IMG/VR virus record: IMGVR_UViG_3300017971_000001
Location: 62,001 to 126,000 of that record
Direction: 5' to 3' (one strand)
DNA: 64,000 nucleotides
Part shown: positions 11,256 to 21,660 of the stretch, piece by piece
Position numbering within the stretch: position 1 is the stretch's first letter
How the letters are laid out: the number at the start of each line of letters is the position of its first letter
The notes under the pieces: generated by a model
Seen by the model: the letters and a program-made list of their open reading frames with translations, nothing else
The model's database searches: none
What the model was told of the DNA's origin: nothing
Position numbers and translations under genes: made by a program

Positions 11256-11462
11256 CTACCGCTCCTCGGCGATCACGTTCTCGACCTCGAGCGACGAGTC
11301 GCCGGCCTCGTCCGTGCAGCTGTAGCAGAAGCTGGGCCCGTCGATCAAGCCCTCTTCGTCGGCCTTCTCCTTGGCCTCCTCTTCACTGCTCGCGCGGACC
11401 GTGCCGACGAACTTGCAGCCCGAGAAGGTGACGTAGATCGAATACTCTTTCTCGTCGCTCAC
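11256..11462 (-). CDS. Hypothetical acidic protein
   Basis: V.A.SEEEAKEKA motif common in small phage proteins. Confidence 0.65.
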   Translation of the reverse strand: MSDEKEYSIYVTFSGCKFVGTVRASSEEEAKEKADEEGLIDGPSFCYSCTDEAGDSSLEVENVIAEER

Positions 11463-11737
11463 GCCCCGACTCCTTCCGCGGACTTCACGGAGCCGATCAA
11501 AGCGGCGAGACTGCCCTCGATCCCGGGCACGGCCTCGAGCGCACCCTTGACCGTCTCGTCCCAGCCATTGACGCGCTTCTCGATCTCACCCTCGAGCGCG
11601 AAAATGATCGGGTTCGGCAGGTCGCTGCCGATCTCGATCTTGGTGCGCCGAATGGCGATCGCCGTCAGGGCCTGCATGGCCTTGACCTTCTCCTGCTCAA
11701 GCGACGCCTCAGCGCGCCTGCGTTCCTGTTCGTTCAT
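11459..11737 (-). CDS. Hypothetical protein
   Basis: ATG overlaps the stop of the upstream peptide gene. Confidence 0.65.
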   Translation of the reverse strand: MNEQERRRAEASLEQEKVKAMQALTAIAIRRTKIEIGSDLPNPIIFALEGEIEKRVNGWDETVKGALEAVPGIEGSLAALIGSVKSAEGVGA

Positions 11738-12844
11738 TCTGATCTCCTGTAGCGAGAGATTCCCCGGAGGAGTCCATGCCCTCTCGAGAATCCCGTGGTG
11801 TTTCTTTGAAAGCCCCTAGACAGCCAAGGCCTCGGCCACGCTTTCCCGACTCTGAGCCCGACTCCGAATCGGAAGCCGCCTGCACCCGGAGCCCTTCTCC
11901 TTAGACGCCTCACCTGACGCCGTACCAGCCGGTGCCGAGATATCGACTTCGGAAGGATCCTACCGAATACCAGCGACCGAACCCCTGGCTGAACTCAAGG
12001 CCGAGGCCGTTTGCGTAATCGAGCCCGAAGCAAACCTCCTGGCAGACGCGTCCGTGGCGAATCCTCCTCACCGATAGCCCCAAACATGGCCCTTGCTTCG
12101 ATAGCAACCGAGGCCATACGGTCTGCCGCCCCCGGCGCCCAAGCCAGAGAAGGCCCCGGACCCGAAGTGGTAGCCAACCCCAAACCCAACGAGCACGATC
12201 GATCGATACCTTCGAGGAAAAACGAACGACCTAGACCTCCTGTTTCGCAAACGATTCAATCAAGTCCTCAATACGGCGTGTAGTTGCCTTCGTCCCCTCG
12301 GCCCTGAGCCCTCTCTAGCCCAGTTCCCCTCCACCTCGGGTAACGGCCTTCTGGCCGACAGCCCCGCCCAGCAAAAACGCTGAGCAGGCCGCAGCCGAAG
12401 CCGAACATAAGCCCGCAGCAGATCGCGTCCGAAGAGGCATACGAGAACCTTTTCCTGCGCCTCAAGGAACGAGCCTTCCCAGCGCGTATCCGTTTTCCCT
12501 GTCGAGCCCGGTGCCGACCGAGACCGTGGGAAAGTAATGGCCGACGCCTCTAGCAAGGCCGATCGCTTTCCAGCAAGAGAATCGACTCAATCCGTACCCC
12601 TGCCACGTTGTCAAAATGCACACGCACGAAGGCCTTCGCCTGCGCCTCACCGGAATGACTTTCCGCCCATGCCCCTGCCTAGACCTCTGCCCCGAAACGA
12701 CGTCACGAACGAGTGAGCATTGAGCAGGCCCATTCCGATCAGGTTCTTGACACCGGACCCAAAGGCTGCTTCGGTCCCGGACCCGTATCCGTGCCCGCTC
12801 GGGAAGTTGTTGAACCTCAGGCGCTTCCTCCCTGCCCTCAGCAC
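11734..12844 (-). other. Cluster C: 6 tandem Arg-leader / Gly-rich peptide genes
   Basis: Members (-): 12647-12844, 12462-12650, 12268-12465, 12068-12259, 11910-12071, 11734-11913. Confidence 0.8.
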
Positions 12845-13044
12845 GCTTCGCTCTCTCCGTCCATGACGTTGGGGTAGCCCAGCCTGCGGTGCTGCTCCTC
12901 GAGGTCATGAAGCGCCCTGTCGATTCGCTCAGCGTCCTTGACGGAGACGCCGTCGAAGGTTTTCGGGCTGTCCCCCATGCGCCAATGAAGAATCAAGTTC
13001 GAGGCGATCGCATGCGCAACCTTCTTCGCCTCGCGCCGGTTCAC
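12838..13044 (-). CDS. Hypothetical protein
   Basis: Coupled ORF. Confidence 0.65.
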   Translation of the reverse strand: MNRREAKKVAHAIASNLILHWRMGDSPKTFDGVSVKDAERIDRALHDLEEQHRRLGYPNVMDGESEAC

Positions 13045-13448
13045 GGAACGAGCTCAAGGATTTCGTCCACAGTGAACAGCTTGCACGCCGCCATGAGGTC
13101 TGCGACCTCGACTCGATCGCCGCTCTGATTGGCATAGAACTCAGGCTGATCGTCTTCAACTGGCTTCTTGTCGAGGAGTGCCTCGAGCGTCTGGTTCATT
13201 CCCGCCAGGAGCTCGAGGAGGTGCGCGCTGTCCCAGCTGCCCTTGTCGGCGACCTCCTCCACCGAGGGAAGGTCTAGGCCCGCCGGAACGCGGCCGTTCA
13301 TGTGATAGCCGCGCTCCGCGAGCGCCTTGACCAGCTTGTAGTGAGCGTTCCTGCTGACCTGCTTGTTCTTGGAGTAGATCGCCGGAATGAATTGGACTCG
13401 GGCCTCGGCGATCTCGTAGGTCCCGTCGTCGCAGCGGATCATGGTCAT
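13041..13448 (-). CDS. Hypothetical protein
   Basis: Coupled ATG (MTMIRC). Confidence 0.7.
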   Translation of the reverse strand: MTMIRCDDGTYEIAEARVQFIPAIYSKNKQVSRNAHYKLVKALAERGYHMNGRVPAGLDLPSVEEVADKGSWDSAHLLELLAGMNQTLEALLDKKPVEDDQPEFYANQSGDRVEVADLMAACKLFTVDEILELVP

Positions 13449-13882
13449 GCCTCGGACCCCTCGGTGACCACGTCGTTCTCGCTGACCTCGTGCTCCTGGA
13501 CGTCGACCGCGATCCACCAGTTCGGGTGAATGCTCTTCTCCTCGAAGAAATCCATGACCGTCTTCTGGATCCGGTCAGCGAGCTCGTCGTCGAGCTTGCG
13601 GGAGTCACCTCCCTTGTAGCCAGGGGGCCAGTATTCGGACCAGTCTCCGCCGCCGTAGTCGTGGTCGTAGAGGGCCTCTCCGATCTGCTCGAAGGGAGAG
13701 CAGGGCCGCAGGCAGGACGAGAGGTCTTCGAGCGTCACCTGCTTGACACGCGCCGTGAAGAACCGCTCACCCCCTTCGAGGTCCATGCCCACCTTGAAGT
13801 CCTCGATCGCCTCTTCCCGACTGTCGTAGAAGGTGCTCGACCAGACCTCTTCGTTCTGACTGGCTGCGTATTGTTCGCTCAT
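13445..13882 (-). CDS. Hypothetical acidic phage protein
   Basis: Coupled ORF, YDSREEAI motif. Confidence 0.7.
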   Translation of the reverse strand: MSEQYAASQNEEVWSSTFYDSREEAIEDFKVGMDLEGGERFFTARVKQVTLEDLSSCLRPCSPFEQIGEALYDHDYGGGDWSEYWPPGYKGGDSRKLDDELADRIQKTVMDFFEEKSIHPNWWIAVDVQEHEVSENDVVTEGSEA

Positions 13883-14112
13883 GGGATCAGCCTTACCTCT
13901 CCACGCTTCTGATCGATCGCCTTCTTCGTGCAGTCCGGGCAGAGATCTTCCGTCCGGTCGTAATGAGGGAAAGAGCCCCAGCCGCCCGAGGTGCAGTGAC
14001 TCCAGCCCTTAGGCGGCATAGCGCCGGCAAGAGCCGAGCAGAACGTGTAGGGCTCAGACCGGTGGTGACACCAGTCGCAGGTCGCGACCACCGTTTTGAT
14101 TTCTTTGATCAT
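13879..14112 (-). CDS. Small Zn-binding protein
   Basis: TCDWC...P.GW...DLCPDC. Confidence 0.65.
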   Translation of the reverse strand: MIKEIKTVVATCDWCHHRSEPYTFCSALAGAMPPKGWSHCTSGGWGSFPHYDRTEDLCPDCTKKAIDQKRGEVRLIP

Positions 14113-14581
14113 TCAACTTTCCAGCAAAACGCCGTCAGGGCAGCCGCCTTCTTCCTTGGAACACACTTCACCGGCGCCGCCTTGGTAGTCGAACAAGTCC
14201 CCGTCCACGAAGGGGCGCTTGCACGTCGCGCACCTCCCAACCCGGAGGAACAGGGTGTCCAGGCGGTGATCGCACGCGACGACGATCCGATCGTCCTCAG
14301 GACAGACGCAGCGAGCTCCGCCGCAGTTAGCACAGTACACGCCCTTGTTTTCACAGCGGACGCAGGCCCAGCCCTTCTTGATCTTCACGAGCGCTGCTCT
14401 AGCTGGGCCAGGTCCCAGAGCGTCAAGTGGTGGTCGGACCGATCGCGCTCGCGACAGAGCTCGGGCAGCACGCGCCCAGACCCGTCTCGGGGGCACGCGC
14501 CGCAGGTTCCCCAGCAGCCGTTGCGGGACAGCTGGCTGAGCGCCGACCGGATCTTCCCGCTGGGGCGAGTCCAGGGCTCAC

Positions 14582-14800
14582 TCACGATTCCTCCTTCTTC
14601 GGCCTGGGCTTCTTGCTGTCCTTGTAGTCCGTGCAGTAGAAGCCCGAGCCCTTGAAGATCACGCCTCCGCCCGACCCAATCAGCCGCCGAAGTTCGTGCT
14701 CGCTGCACTCCGTGCATTCCGTCAGCGGGTCAGAGCTCATGGGCTGGAAGTGATCAAAGCGGTGACCGCAGTTTCTGCAGACGTAGTCATAGGTCGGCAC
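14582..14800 (-). CDS. FmdB-family zinc-ribbon regulatory protein
   Basis: (V)PTYDYVCRNCGHRFDHFQPMSSDPLTECTEC...LRRLIGSGGGVIFKGSGFYCTDY. Confidence 0.9.
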   Translation of the reverse strand: MPTYDYVCRNCGHRFDHFQPMSSDPLTECTECSEHELRRLIGSGGGVIFKGSGFYCTDYKDSKKPRPKKEES

Positions 14801-14930
14801 GGTCGTTGCCCTCCTCGAGCTCCCGGGCTCGCTTTTTGATCTGATCCTCGATTCGCTTCCAGCGCTCGTACATTCCGCTGACAAGCAAGCAGGCTCCGAC
14901 GATACCCAGGAATATCGCAGCAAAGCTCAT

Positions 14931-15161
14931 TCAGCAGGTGTATCCGTCAACCTTGACGAACTTGGTCTTGGCCGGGTGGGCGCGGAACGCTCGCGAAGAG
15001 ACGATCTTCTTCTCGAGCCTGGCTCGGTGATCGTCGTCGGTGTAGCAGGCGATCAACACCCACTCGCCGCCTTCCTTCCGGACGCCAATGTCGTCCTCGG
15101 CTAGAACGCCGTCGCTGAGCAGGCGCGCATGCAACTTAATGGCTGAGGGCTCACTGCTCAC
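14931..15161 (-). CDS. Hypothetical protein
   Basis: Coupled ORF. Confidence 0.6.
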   Translation of the reverse strand: MSSEPSAIKLHARLLSDGVLAEDDIGVRKEGGEWVLIACYTDDDHRARLEKKIVSSRAFRAHPAKTKFVKVDGYTC

Positions 15162-15696
15162 CGCGGCACTCCTTCATGGCCTCGTAGAGATCCTCCCAGC
15201 GCTCCTCTTCGTAGAGCTTCTCGAGCTCGTCCCAGCGATCAATGAGGCCCCTCCACTCAGGGTTTGCGTCGCCGACGCGCTCGAGGTTCTGCCGCCACTC
15301 CTTGGGTGCGACGGCGAGCAGACGGAAACAGCGGCCAATGTCAGCCGGGTCGAGGGGGGTGGCCGGCTTGTAGCTGTAGTTCTTGAACACGCCCCAGATA
15401 ACAAGCGAGCTCAAGCCCGTGTCCCAGCTGTTCCGCCATTCGTACTCGTCCGAATAGTCGAACCTCGATTCGCCGGCTTCGCTGGGCTCGCAGTCCTTGT
15501 GGTCCTCAATGAAGCCATTGCTAGCACCGACGAGGACGTTGATCGAGCAGGGCATGGCGACCTTCTGTTCAATGCCGCAGTGAAGGCAGCGGAAGCTGTT
15601 GGGGCCCATGACGACGTGCTTGGCCTCCTGCTCACCTTCCTCGCACTCGATATCGTGAGATCCGCCCTCTCGATTGAACTCAATCGACCCACTCAC
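15151..15696 (-). CDS. Conserved phage hypothetical protein
   Basis: DTGLSS..I and P.DPADIGRC.RLL..P.W motifs typical of a phage family; start uncertain. Confidence 0.65.
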   Translation of the reverse strand: MSGSIEFNREGGSHDIECEEGEQEAKHVVMGPNSFRCLHCGIEQKVAMPCSINVLVGASNGFIEDHKDCEPSEAGESRFDYSDEYEWRNSWDTGLSSLVIWGVFKNYSYKPATPLDPADIGRCFRLLAVAPKEWRQNLERVGDANPEWRGLIDRWDELEKLYEEERWEDLYEAMKECRGEQ

Positions 15697-15865
15697 CGCC
15701 GGCTCCTCGGCCACTTGATATGACCGCACTGCCTCGCCTCGTCCCAGCACCCTGAGCGCTGGCCAATCTCAGCGGGCTCGCTGAACACGGTCGCCCCCTC
15801 GGGCAAGGTATCGAGGCAGTCTTCGCAGACGGCGCCATGACCCGGAGAGTAGAAGACGATCGGCA

Positions 15866-16072
15866 CTACTTGACCTCGATCACGCTCAAGGCGCCGTCGC
15901 AGTTGAAGGCCTCCTGGTAGATCTCGTCCAGGTCGCCGAGCTTGCGCCAGCCCCCCGGCAGGACCGGAGGATTGACCGCCTCGATCGCGTCGAGTTCGTT
16001 GGCGGCCTCGACCTGCCTCTGCTCGAGCAGGTTGTCGAAGAAGTTGATCCAGGCGACAACGTAGGTCTTCAT
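15866..16072 (-). CDS. Hypothetical protein
   Basis: ATG ORF, high GC3. Confidence 0.65.
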   Translation of the reverse strand: MKTYVVAWINFFDNLLEQRQVEAANELDAIEAVNPPVLPGGWRKLGDLDEIYQEAFNCDGALSVIEVK

Positions 16073-16230
16073 TTAGAACCCCGATTCAATCGTTTTGCAG
16101 TTTTCGCAGTCCGAGTCGTCCGTGCATTCTTCGCACGCAAACCATTGATTCCAGCAATCGGCGCAGAGAATGGCAGGGCTATCAAACTCAGCTTCGTTCG
16201 TGCAGCCCGGTCGAGAACATGGCTCGTAGC

Positions 16231-16437
16231 TCATTTCTTGTAGCGAGGGTGGGCCTGCTCGGCCTTCTCGGACGCGAGCTCGGACAGGTCGCGATACTCC
16301 TTCGCGATCTTGTCGTCCCCGTCCACGAAGGCGTCCTTGGCGTAGTCGAGCAGCCACCTGCTCGCCTGATCCCAGCCCGAGGAGATCCCGAGCAGGTAGC
16401 TCTTATTGCAGTTGGGGCATTCTCCGCTCTCGCTCAT
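16231..16437 (-). CDS. Hypothetical protein
   Basis: Coupled ATG (MSESGEC). Confidence 0.6.
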   Translation of the reverse strand: MSESGECPNCNKSYLLGISSGWDQASRWLLDYAKDAFVDGDDKIAKEYRDLSELASEKAEQAHPRYKK

Positions 16438-16703
16438 GAGCGATACACCAGAGGGCCGAGCTCCCAGGGCAGCCCCGTCCGCACACCCAACTGCCTGGCC
16501 TTCGGAGCGTTCTGAATCATGGAGCAGAGCTCTTCGACGCGCTCGGCGAGCGAGCAGCCCTCCTCGTGGACGAACTCGGCCTCGAGACACTCGGGGCAGC
16601 GCGTGAGCTCGAAGGCGTGTCGTTCGAGAATGCTGCTGACCGCGTGGTCGTGGATCTGGGCGAGGTTCAGCCTTACGGCTTCCTGGTGGGTCAGTTCCTT
16701 CAC
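16434..16703 (-). CDS. Hypothetical protein (CPEC...H..GC)
   Basis: Coupled ORF. Confidence 0.6.
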   Translation of the reverse strand: MKELTHQEAVRLNLAQIHDHAVSSILERHAFELTRCPECLEAEFVHEEGCSLAERVEELCSMIQNAPKARQLGVRTGLPWELGPLVYRS

Positions 16704-16999
16704 AGCGGTCCCTCCATGCTCGAAACGGGATCCCCGAAACTCTCGGCGAGGGACGCGAGAATGCGGCGGGCGTCGGCGACGGCCTCGGGCAGCGTCTTGC
16801 GCTGGACCATGAAACTAGCCTTCGTGGGCTCGCCCTTTCGGTCTCGGCGCACCATGAACATGCGCGCCAGGGAGACCTCGACCTCCCCGTTGCGCCAGCG
16901 GACCTCGGCGCTCTGCTTCTCGCACCAGGCGACCGCCGCGATCAGGGCGAGGGTCGCGTCCAGGTCGATCGTTGCCGGAGCTTGCTCCTGGATCGCCAT
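16700..16999 (-). CDS. Hypothetical protein
   Basis: ATG after GAGG SD. Confidence 0.65.
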   Translation of the reverse strand: MAIQEQAPATIDLDATLALIAAVAWCEKQSAEVRWRNGEVEVSLARMFMVRRDRKGEPTKASFMVQRKTLPEAVADARRILASLAESFGDPVSSMEGPL

Positions 17000-17001
17000 G
17001 C

Positions 17002-17319
17002 CTAGACCTCGAGCTTCTTGATCTTTGCGTAGCACTTCTTGCCGAGGCGGGTCACGCCCCACAGCTGAATCTGGCTGATCAGGTAGCGGCTCGCGCGGGG
17101 GCCGATAGCGCCCTCGAATCCGTTGAGCCTGACCTCCTCACAGAATCGCCAGACGAAGTCGATCGCGCCTTCAGTGCGCCCGAGCAGCTTGGCGAGCGCA
17201 GCAGCGTTCTCCGGCGTGTTCTTGACCTGCCAGATCAGACAAATCTCGTGATCTTCGTAAGCCTTGCCGCGATTTGCGGCCGACTTGGTCGGAGTGCGCT
17301 TTCCGGTCGTAGCAGCCAT
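17002..17319 (-). CDS. Putative HTH DNA-binding protein
   Basis: GK.Y...E...LAKLLGRTEGAI resembles a Myb-like/GcrA-type HTH; AGGAG SD; follows an AT-rich gap. Confidence 0.55.
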   Translation of the reverse strand: MAATTGKRTPTKSAANRGKAYEDHEICLIWQVKNTPENAAALAKLLGRTEGAIDFVWRFCEEVRLNGFEGAIGPRASRYLISQIQLWGVTRLGKKCYAKIKKLEV

Positions 17320-17405
17320 GGACTCTCCTTGCTCGTGAGACTAGTTCTAGCAAAAGGGTCCGACGGATACATCTAGCTTGTTCTAGGAAATCGCAATCTC
17401 TTTAT
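17320..17405 (-). promoter_or_regulatory. AT-rich intergenic region with repeated GTTCTAG
   Basis: GTTCTAG at 17344 and 17380; four CTAG within 46 nt upstream of the HTH gene. Confidence 0.35.
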
Positions 17406-18899
17406 TTAGGCGCCGACGCAGGCGTCCCTGTCAAGTCCACGCCCAGCCCAGCGACTAAGGCCCCAGCCTGACTCTCCCCACCATTCCTGCACGGCATAAC
17501 CGTGCGAGCTACCAAGGCCGCACCCCGCCTCATTGGAGCAGAGGCGGGCTGCCTTCCTGCCAAAGATCACGGAACGACAAAGAGGAGCAACGTGAGAGAA
17601 GCGCCGCCGCCTCACTCGCGCTCCCAGAGCTTGCGCGGCCGCGCCGCCTCCTTCTCGGCCTCGATCCGCTCGTGCTCGAGTTGCTTCTCAGCCTCGATCT
17701 TTTCCTGCTGGATCCTGTATTCCAGGTTCGCCTTGGAGGACTTCAGCACCATGACCGCAAAGATCGCCATGCAGACGATCCCGGCCAGAGACGCGATCGC
17801 GACCGCAGCGAACTTCCAGGGACCCCAATCCTCTCGACTCATTCTTGACTCCAGTTCCAAGCGAACTCTCGGTTCTTCCCTCTTCCGAACCAGCGCCCCG
17901 AGCCTACACCTGAGCACCGACGGACCCCAAATCCTTCGCCGTATTGGTGATCAAGGCCTCTCCTGCTGCCCGGTAGAGCATGAACAGGAACGAACCAGCG
18001 CGCGTTCCTGCGCCTCCGCCTCACCAGCGAAGCCCCATAGCAAGGGCGTAAGGACGCTTGGTGCCGATCCCCCAATGACAACCGAACGCCGTTGCAGCGC
18101 CGGACCACCTAAAAAGTCCCAACTTCCAGACGTAGGACCCGCACCCCCAGTGCCGATCCATGCCGAAGCCGCGGCGGTGAAAGACAGGGGGCCTGCGCTT
18201 CCTCCTTCGCTTCATTCGCCCCACCCCGCCGCCCGGCAAAGACCCCAGCCGTGCGAACTCCTGTAGTAGTTCAAGCCATTGATCAAAGACGAGCCGACGT
18301 TGCACTCGAGGCCAATGCCCCAGATCGCTGGCGAGTATCCGACCTTCATGCGGCGGCGCCTAATCACAGCCCCCTCCCCCACCAATACAGTCGGAATCCC
18401 GTCCCACAACCTCTTCCGAAGACGGGTCCCGAGTAGCCAATAGATCGGCAGAGCCCAACGCCCCAGGCGATCCTTCCGTTCTGAGCGCCCGCAGCGAACT
18501 CCAGCCCGCGGGCCTGGGGACCACATTTCCCCTACGGCGCTTCACTGCCAAAACGCTTCCGTGCCGACGCCGACCGCGCGATTGACGCCGGCTCCATAGC
18601 AACGAAAGGTCTCCGAGGTTCCGCAGACAGACCGCAGAGCGAACCTCTGGTACATCCCGCCAAGCGCGTGGTAAAGGCCCCTGGAGGTTGCCCTGTTCTC
18701 ACAGTTGAGGTGTCTGGATCTGCGACGGCGCTTCACGGATAAACCCAGCCGAACGATCTGCGAAGCCCGCGTGCGGGAGGGGGGGGCTTTTGGCCAGGCC
18801 GGCGCCTCCAAAGGAAGAACACAGACCAACGCCCACGTTAAGCGCTCTCCTAATGAACATGAACTTGTGGTGCAGGGCGCGCCTCCCTCTTCTACTCAC
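17406..18899 (-). other. Cluster D: 7 Arg-leader / Gly-rich peptide genes (two frameshifted), interrupted by one membrane-protein gene
   Basis: Members (-): 18733-18899 (fs), 18542-18736, 18364-18545 (fs), 18212-18367, 18021-18215, 17839-18024, 17406-17615. Confidence 0.8.
17612..17842 (-). CDS. Small single-pass membrane protein with coiled coil
   Basis: MSREDWGPWKFAAVAIASLAGIVCMAIFAVMVL, coupled on both sides. Confidence 0.7.
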   Translation of the reverse strand: MSREDWGPWKFAAVAIASLAGIVCMAIFAVMVLKSSKANLEYRIQQEKIEAEKQLEHERIEAEKEAARPRKLWERE

Positions 18900-19261
18900 C
18901 GTCTCCCCTTACCTCGTCCGTGCGACCGCGTCCGCGCGACCACCTGACGACGAGGGTCATGCCCTCTTCCCTGCCTCTGCTTGGGCCGAGACCTCCTCAA
19001 CTCCTTCCTCCGCTCCTTCTCGCGCAGCGCTCGCTCGTCGAGCTCCTTCTTCGCCTTCTTGTAGAGCTCCTCGAGTTCCTCGAGGTCCGAATCGATTGAA
19101 GGCGAACTCGAGGAGCAGTCAACCATGACGACCGCGTCGGTGCTTGCCGACGAAGTCGTGAGGTTCGTATCCCTCGACTGCTCGTGCCCGCTGCAGACCG
19201 TGAACGGACAGCGGTGCTTGGGGTATCCGCAGTCGCCCGGCTTTTCGGTGGACCAGATCAC
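18896..19261 (-). CDS. Hypothetical protein
   Basis: Coupled ORF. Confidence 0.55.
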   Translation of the reverse strand: MIWSTEKPGDCGYPKHRCPFTVCSGHEQSRDTNLTTSSASTDAVVMVDCSSSSPSIDSDLEELEELYKKAKKELDERALREKERRKELRRSRPKQRQGRGHDPRRQVVARTRSHGRGKGRR

Positions 19262-19611
19262 TGCTCGTCAGGTCGGGCGAGTCGCCAAGCGGCGATCGTG
19301 TAGTCCTTTTCGTTCTCTCTCTCTTCATTGAGGTAGCGAACATGATCCGCTCCGGAATCCCAGCCCGTATCTACGAACACGCCCTTGACGCCCGTGAGCT
19401 TATTGATCACCAGGTCGCCGTTCTCGATCTCCTTCGTGCGCGAATGAACAGCGGCGACGCCGCCGACGCAATCGCAGCGCGCTCGAGACGGGCCAATGAC
19501 CACGAAGGCAAAGCAGGCGACGCTGGAAACAGCAGCAATCCAGAGCAGCGTTCCATGATCGTCGCCCTTGACCACTGCGCCGACCGCGCCGACGGATTCC
19601 TTGAGACTCAC
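19258..19611 (-). CDS. Membrane-anchored hypothetical protein
   Basis: TM segment LLWIAAVSSVACFAFVVI. Confidence 0.6.
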   Translation of the reverse strand: MSLKESVGAVGAVVKGDDHGTLLWIAAVSSVACFAFVVIGPSRARCDCVGGVAAVHSRTKEIENGDLVINKLTGVKGVFVDTGWDSGADHVRYLNEERENEKDYTIAAWRLARPDEQ

Positions 19612-19612
19612 G

Positions 19613-20554
19613 TTACTCCTCCTTGAGAGGCAAGTTCTCGTCCACGAAGCGAAGCAGGCTGATCGCGTCGGTGAAGCTCGGGCGCTTGCCGTTGAGCTTC
19701 TGCACGGCGCCGAAGCCCGGGAGCTCCAGAATGAAGGAGAAGGGCGTGATCGTCACGAGCACGCCGTCTCCGCGCACCCAGGCCGACCGGCCGGCCCGGT
19801 CCCAGTTGGGAACGTCTTCCGGCTGAATCTCCCTCGGGGGATTCTTCAGAGTCAGGGTCGCGCCCTTCGTCTCCAGTTCGTCAACCTGCCCGCAGTCGCA
19901 CACCCGCTCCGGATTCGCCTTGCAGAGCACGCAGGGTCCGACGGAGACGCGAAGGAGGCGATCCTCGGCCCGGTCGCGTTCGTGGTTGCGAATCGCGCTG
20001 AAGACAGCGTGCTTCTTGATCGAGCAGATTGCCGAGTCGCGCGCGCGATCCCGCTCTTTCTTCAACTTCTCGAAATTATGCCGAGCGCTCTCGACTTCCT
20101 TCCAAAGGCGCTGGTTGTGCTCCTCCCACTCGCGCTTGCGGCGCTCCGTCTCGCGTTCGATCTCCATGCGCATGCGCTCCTCGCGCTCGCGGCGCTCCTC
20201 ACGGAGGAGGTGCTCCTGCTTAGCTCGAGCCCTCTTCTCCAGGTTGGACCGGACGAGCTCATGAACCGTAGGCAGGCCGGTCTCGTCCTCGCGCCCGCGA
20301 TCTCGTTCCTTCAGCTTTTCGATCCGCTCCGCCGGCCTCTGCCTCCACTCCTCGACCTGGAGCCTGATCTTTTCGACCGTCCTCAGATACGCCTCCCGCT
20401 TGGCGGCCTGCTCCCGCTTGCGGTCCATTTCCTCGCAGCGCTTACGCAGGCTTTCCAGCGCACTGCTGACCCGCTCATGCCTCACGTAAGCAGGCTCCCA
20501 GAGCGTCCGTCCCTTCTCCCGCTCAGAACTATCACTCATGCTCTTGACCTCCAC
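19613..20554 (-). CDS. Coiled-coil protein
   Basis: 313-aa ORF with long E/R/K-rich helix. Confidence 0.7.
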   Translation of the reverse strand: MEVKSMSDSSEREKGRTLWEPAYVRHERVSSALESLRKRCEEMDRKREQAAKREAYLRTVEKIRLQVEEWRQRPAERIEKLKERDRGREDETGLPTVHELVRSNLEKRARAKQEHLLREERREREERMRMEIERETERRKREWEEHNQRLWKEVESARHNFEKLKKERDRARDSAICSIKKHAVFSAIRNHERDRAEDRLLRVSVGPCVLCKANPERVCDCGQVDELETKGATLTLKNPPREIQPEDVPNWDRAGRSAWVRGDGVLVTITPFSFILELPGFGAVQKLNGKRPSFTDAISLLRFVDENLPLKEE

Positions 20555-20819
20555 CGTTCATGACCTTGTAGACCGTCTTTCCCAAGTGACCCTGGATCAA
20601 CTTGGCCCCGGCCTTCGTTGGGCGCAAGTTGTGGTAGCTGTTCCGATAGATCAGGCCGGAGTCGAGGAGCGCCTCGACTGCCTCCTGTCGATCCGTCACG
20701 TATCCCGCGCCGATCCGCCTGCACTTGTTGCACTTGTAGCGGTAGTAGGACTCGCAGCTGCACGAATCGCATGCGAAGTCGAGGATCTCGAGCTCGGCCT
20801 GCGTGAACTCGACGTTCAC
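20532..20819 (-). CDS. Cys-rich hypothetical protein
   Basis: CDSCSC...CNKC, coupled. Confidence 0.6.
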   Translation of the reverse strand: MNVEFTQAELEILDFACDSCSCESYYRYKCNKCRRIGAGYVTDRQEAVEALLDSGLIYRNSYHNLRPTKAGAKLIQGHLGKTVYKVMNGGGQEHE

Positions 20820-21046
20820 TTGCCTTTCGCGACCTCAAAGCGGTCCTGCAACGTCGGCGGCACGCTCTCCCAGTTATCCTTCGCGATCCGGAGCAGCAGC
20901 TGATCGATCCCCTTCCTACTCGCCCCGAACACCTCCGGCACGCTTCCGAAGGAGAGCGCGCCGAACGCGATCCGGTAGAGAAACCAGAAGTCGGGCTCGC
21001 TGACCTTGATCTCTTTGGTTTCGACCTTGTTGACCTTCACGCTCAT
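20816..21046 (-). CDS. Hypothetical protein
   Basis: ATG after AAGGAGG SD. Confidence 0.7.
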   Translation of the reverse strand: MSVKVNKVETKEIKVSEPDFWFLYRIAFGALSFGSVPEVFGASRKGIDQLLLRIAKDNWESVPPTLQDRFEVAKGK

Positions 21047-21056
21047 ATCGACCTCC

Positions 21057-21242
21057 TTACGCGACGCATTGTCTAAGATCGCCGGCCCCGATTCCATAAG
21101 ATCTCGAGATCCCCCGAAGAGAAGTCGACTTGGCGCAGGACCAGCCACCTCCGCCCTTGCCGAGCGACCTCCTGAGTCCCCTGGCCCTGAAGGAACCGAC
21201 CGCCGCCCCGCTGCGCCGAAAAACAACTCGCCGCCGCCTCAT
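21057..21242 (-). CDS. Solitary MxRRRR / Gly-rich family peptide
   Basis: MRRRRVVFRRSG...RGLRRSLGKGGGGW...YGIGAG; ATGA overlap with upstream gene. Confidence 0.75.
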   Translation of the reverse strand: MRRRRVVFRRSGAAVGSFRARGLRRSLGKGGGGWSCAKSTSLRGISRSYGIGAGDLRQCVA

Positions 21243-21430
21243 AGCTCGCGCTCCATGGCGCGCTTCCCCAGCAGGCTTAGCCCACGTCCGTCCGGGCTGT
21301 AGCCGCGGTCGACTGCTTTCTCGATCAAGATCATGACGAACTCGCGCGGATCCTCGCAGTAGATCGCCTCGGCGAGCAGTTGGCGGTAGTTCTTGGCGTC
21401 CTCTTCGTCGCTCAGGAATCGGTCGGACAC
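21239..21430 (-). CDS. Hypothetical protein
   Basis: Coupled ORF. Confidence 0.55.
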   Translation of the reverse strand: MSDRFLSDEEDAKNYRQLLAEAIYCEDPREFVMILIEKAVDRGYSPDGRGLSLLGKRAMEREL

Positions 21431-21660
21431 GAGTCCACCCTTCTCAGTTCGCTCGCCTTGCAACTCACCGTCGTGAACTCCAGGTCGCCGACGAGCTCGG
21501 TGTTCGTTCTCCAGATCTCGACGATCAAGTCGCGTCCGTCGGGGGAGACCCAGACGACGCTTCCCTCTTGACCTTGCTCAACGCGCCCGCCGTCAGAAGC
21601 GGGGCGGTCAGGGTCGAGGTAGACCAAGACCGAATCGAGCTCTTCGTAGGCCGCGCTCAC
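21412..21660 (-). CDS. Hypothetical protein (SH3/DUF4926-like)
   Basis: YEELDSV...GQEGSVVWV.....IVE. Confidence 0.5.
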   Translation of the reverse strand: MSAAYEELDSVLVYLDPDRPASDGGRVEQGQEGSVVWVSPDGRDLIVEIWRTNTELVGDLEFTTVSCKASELRRVDSCPTDS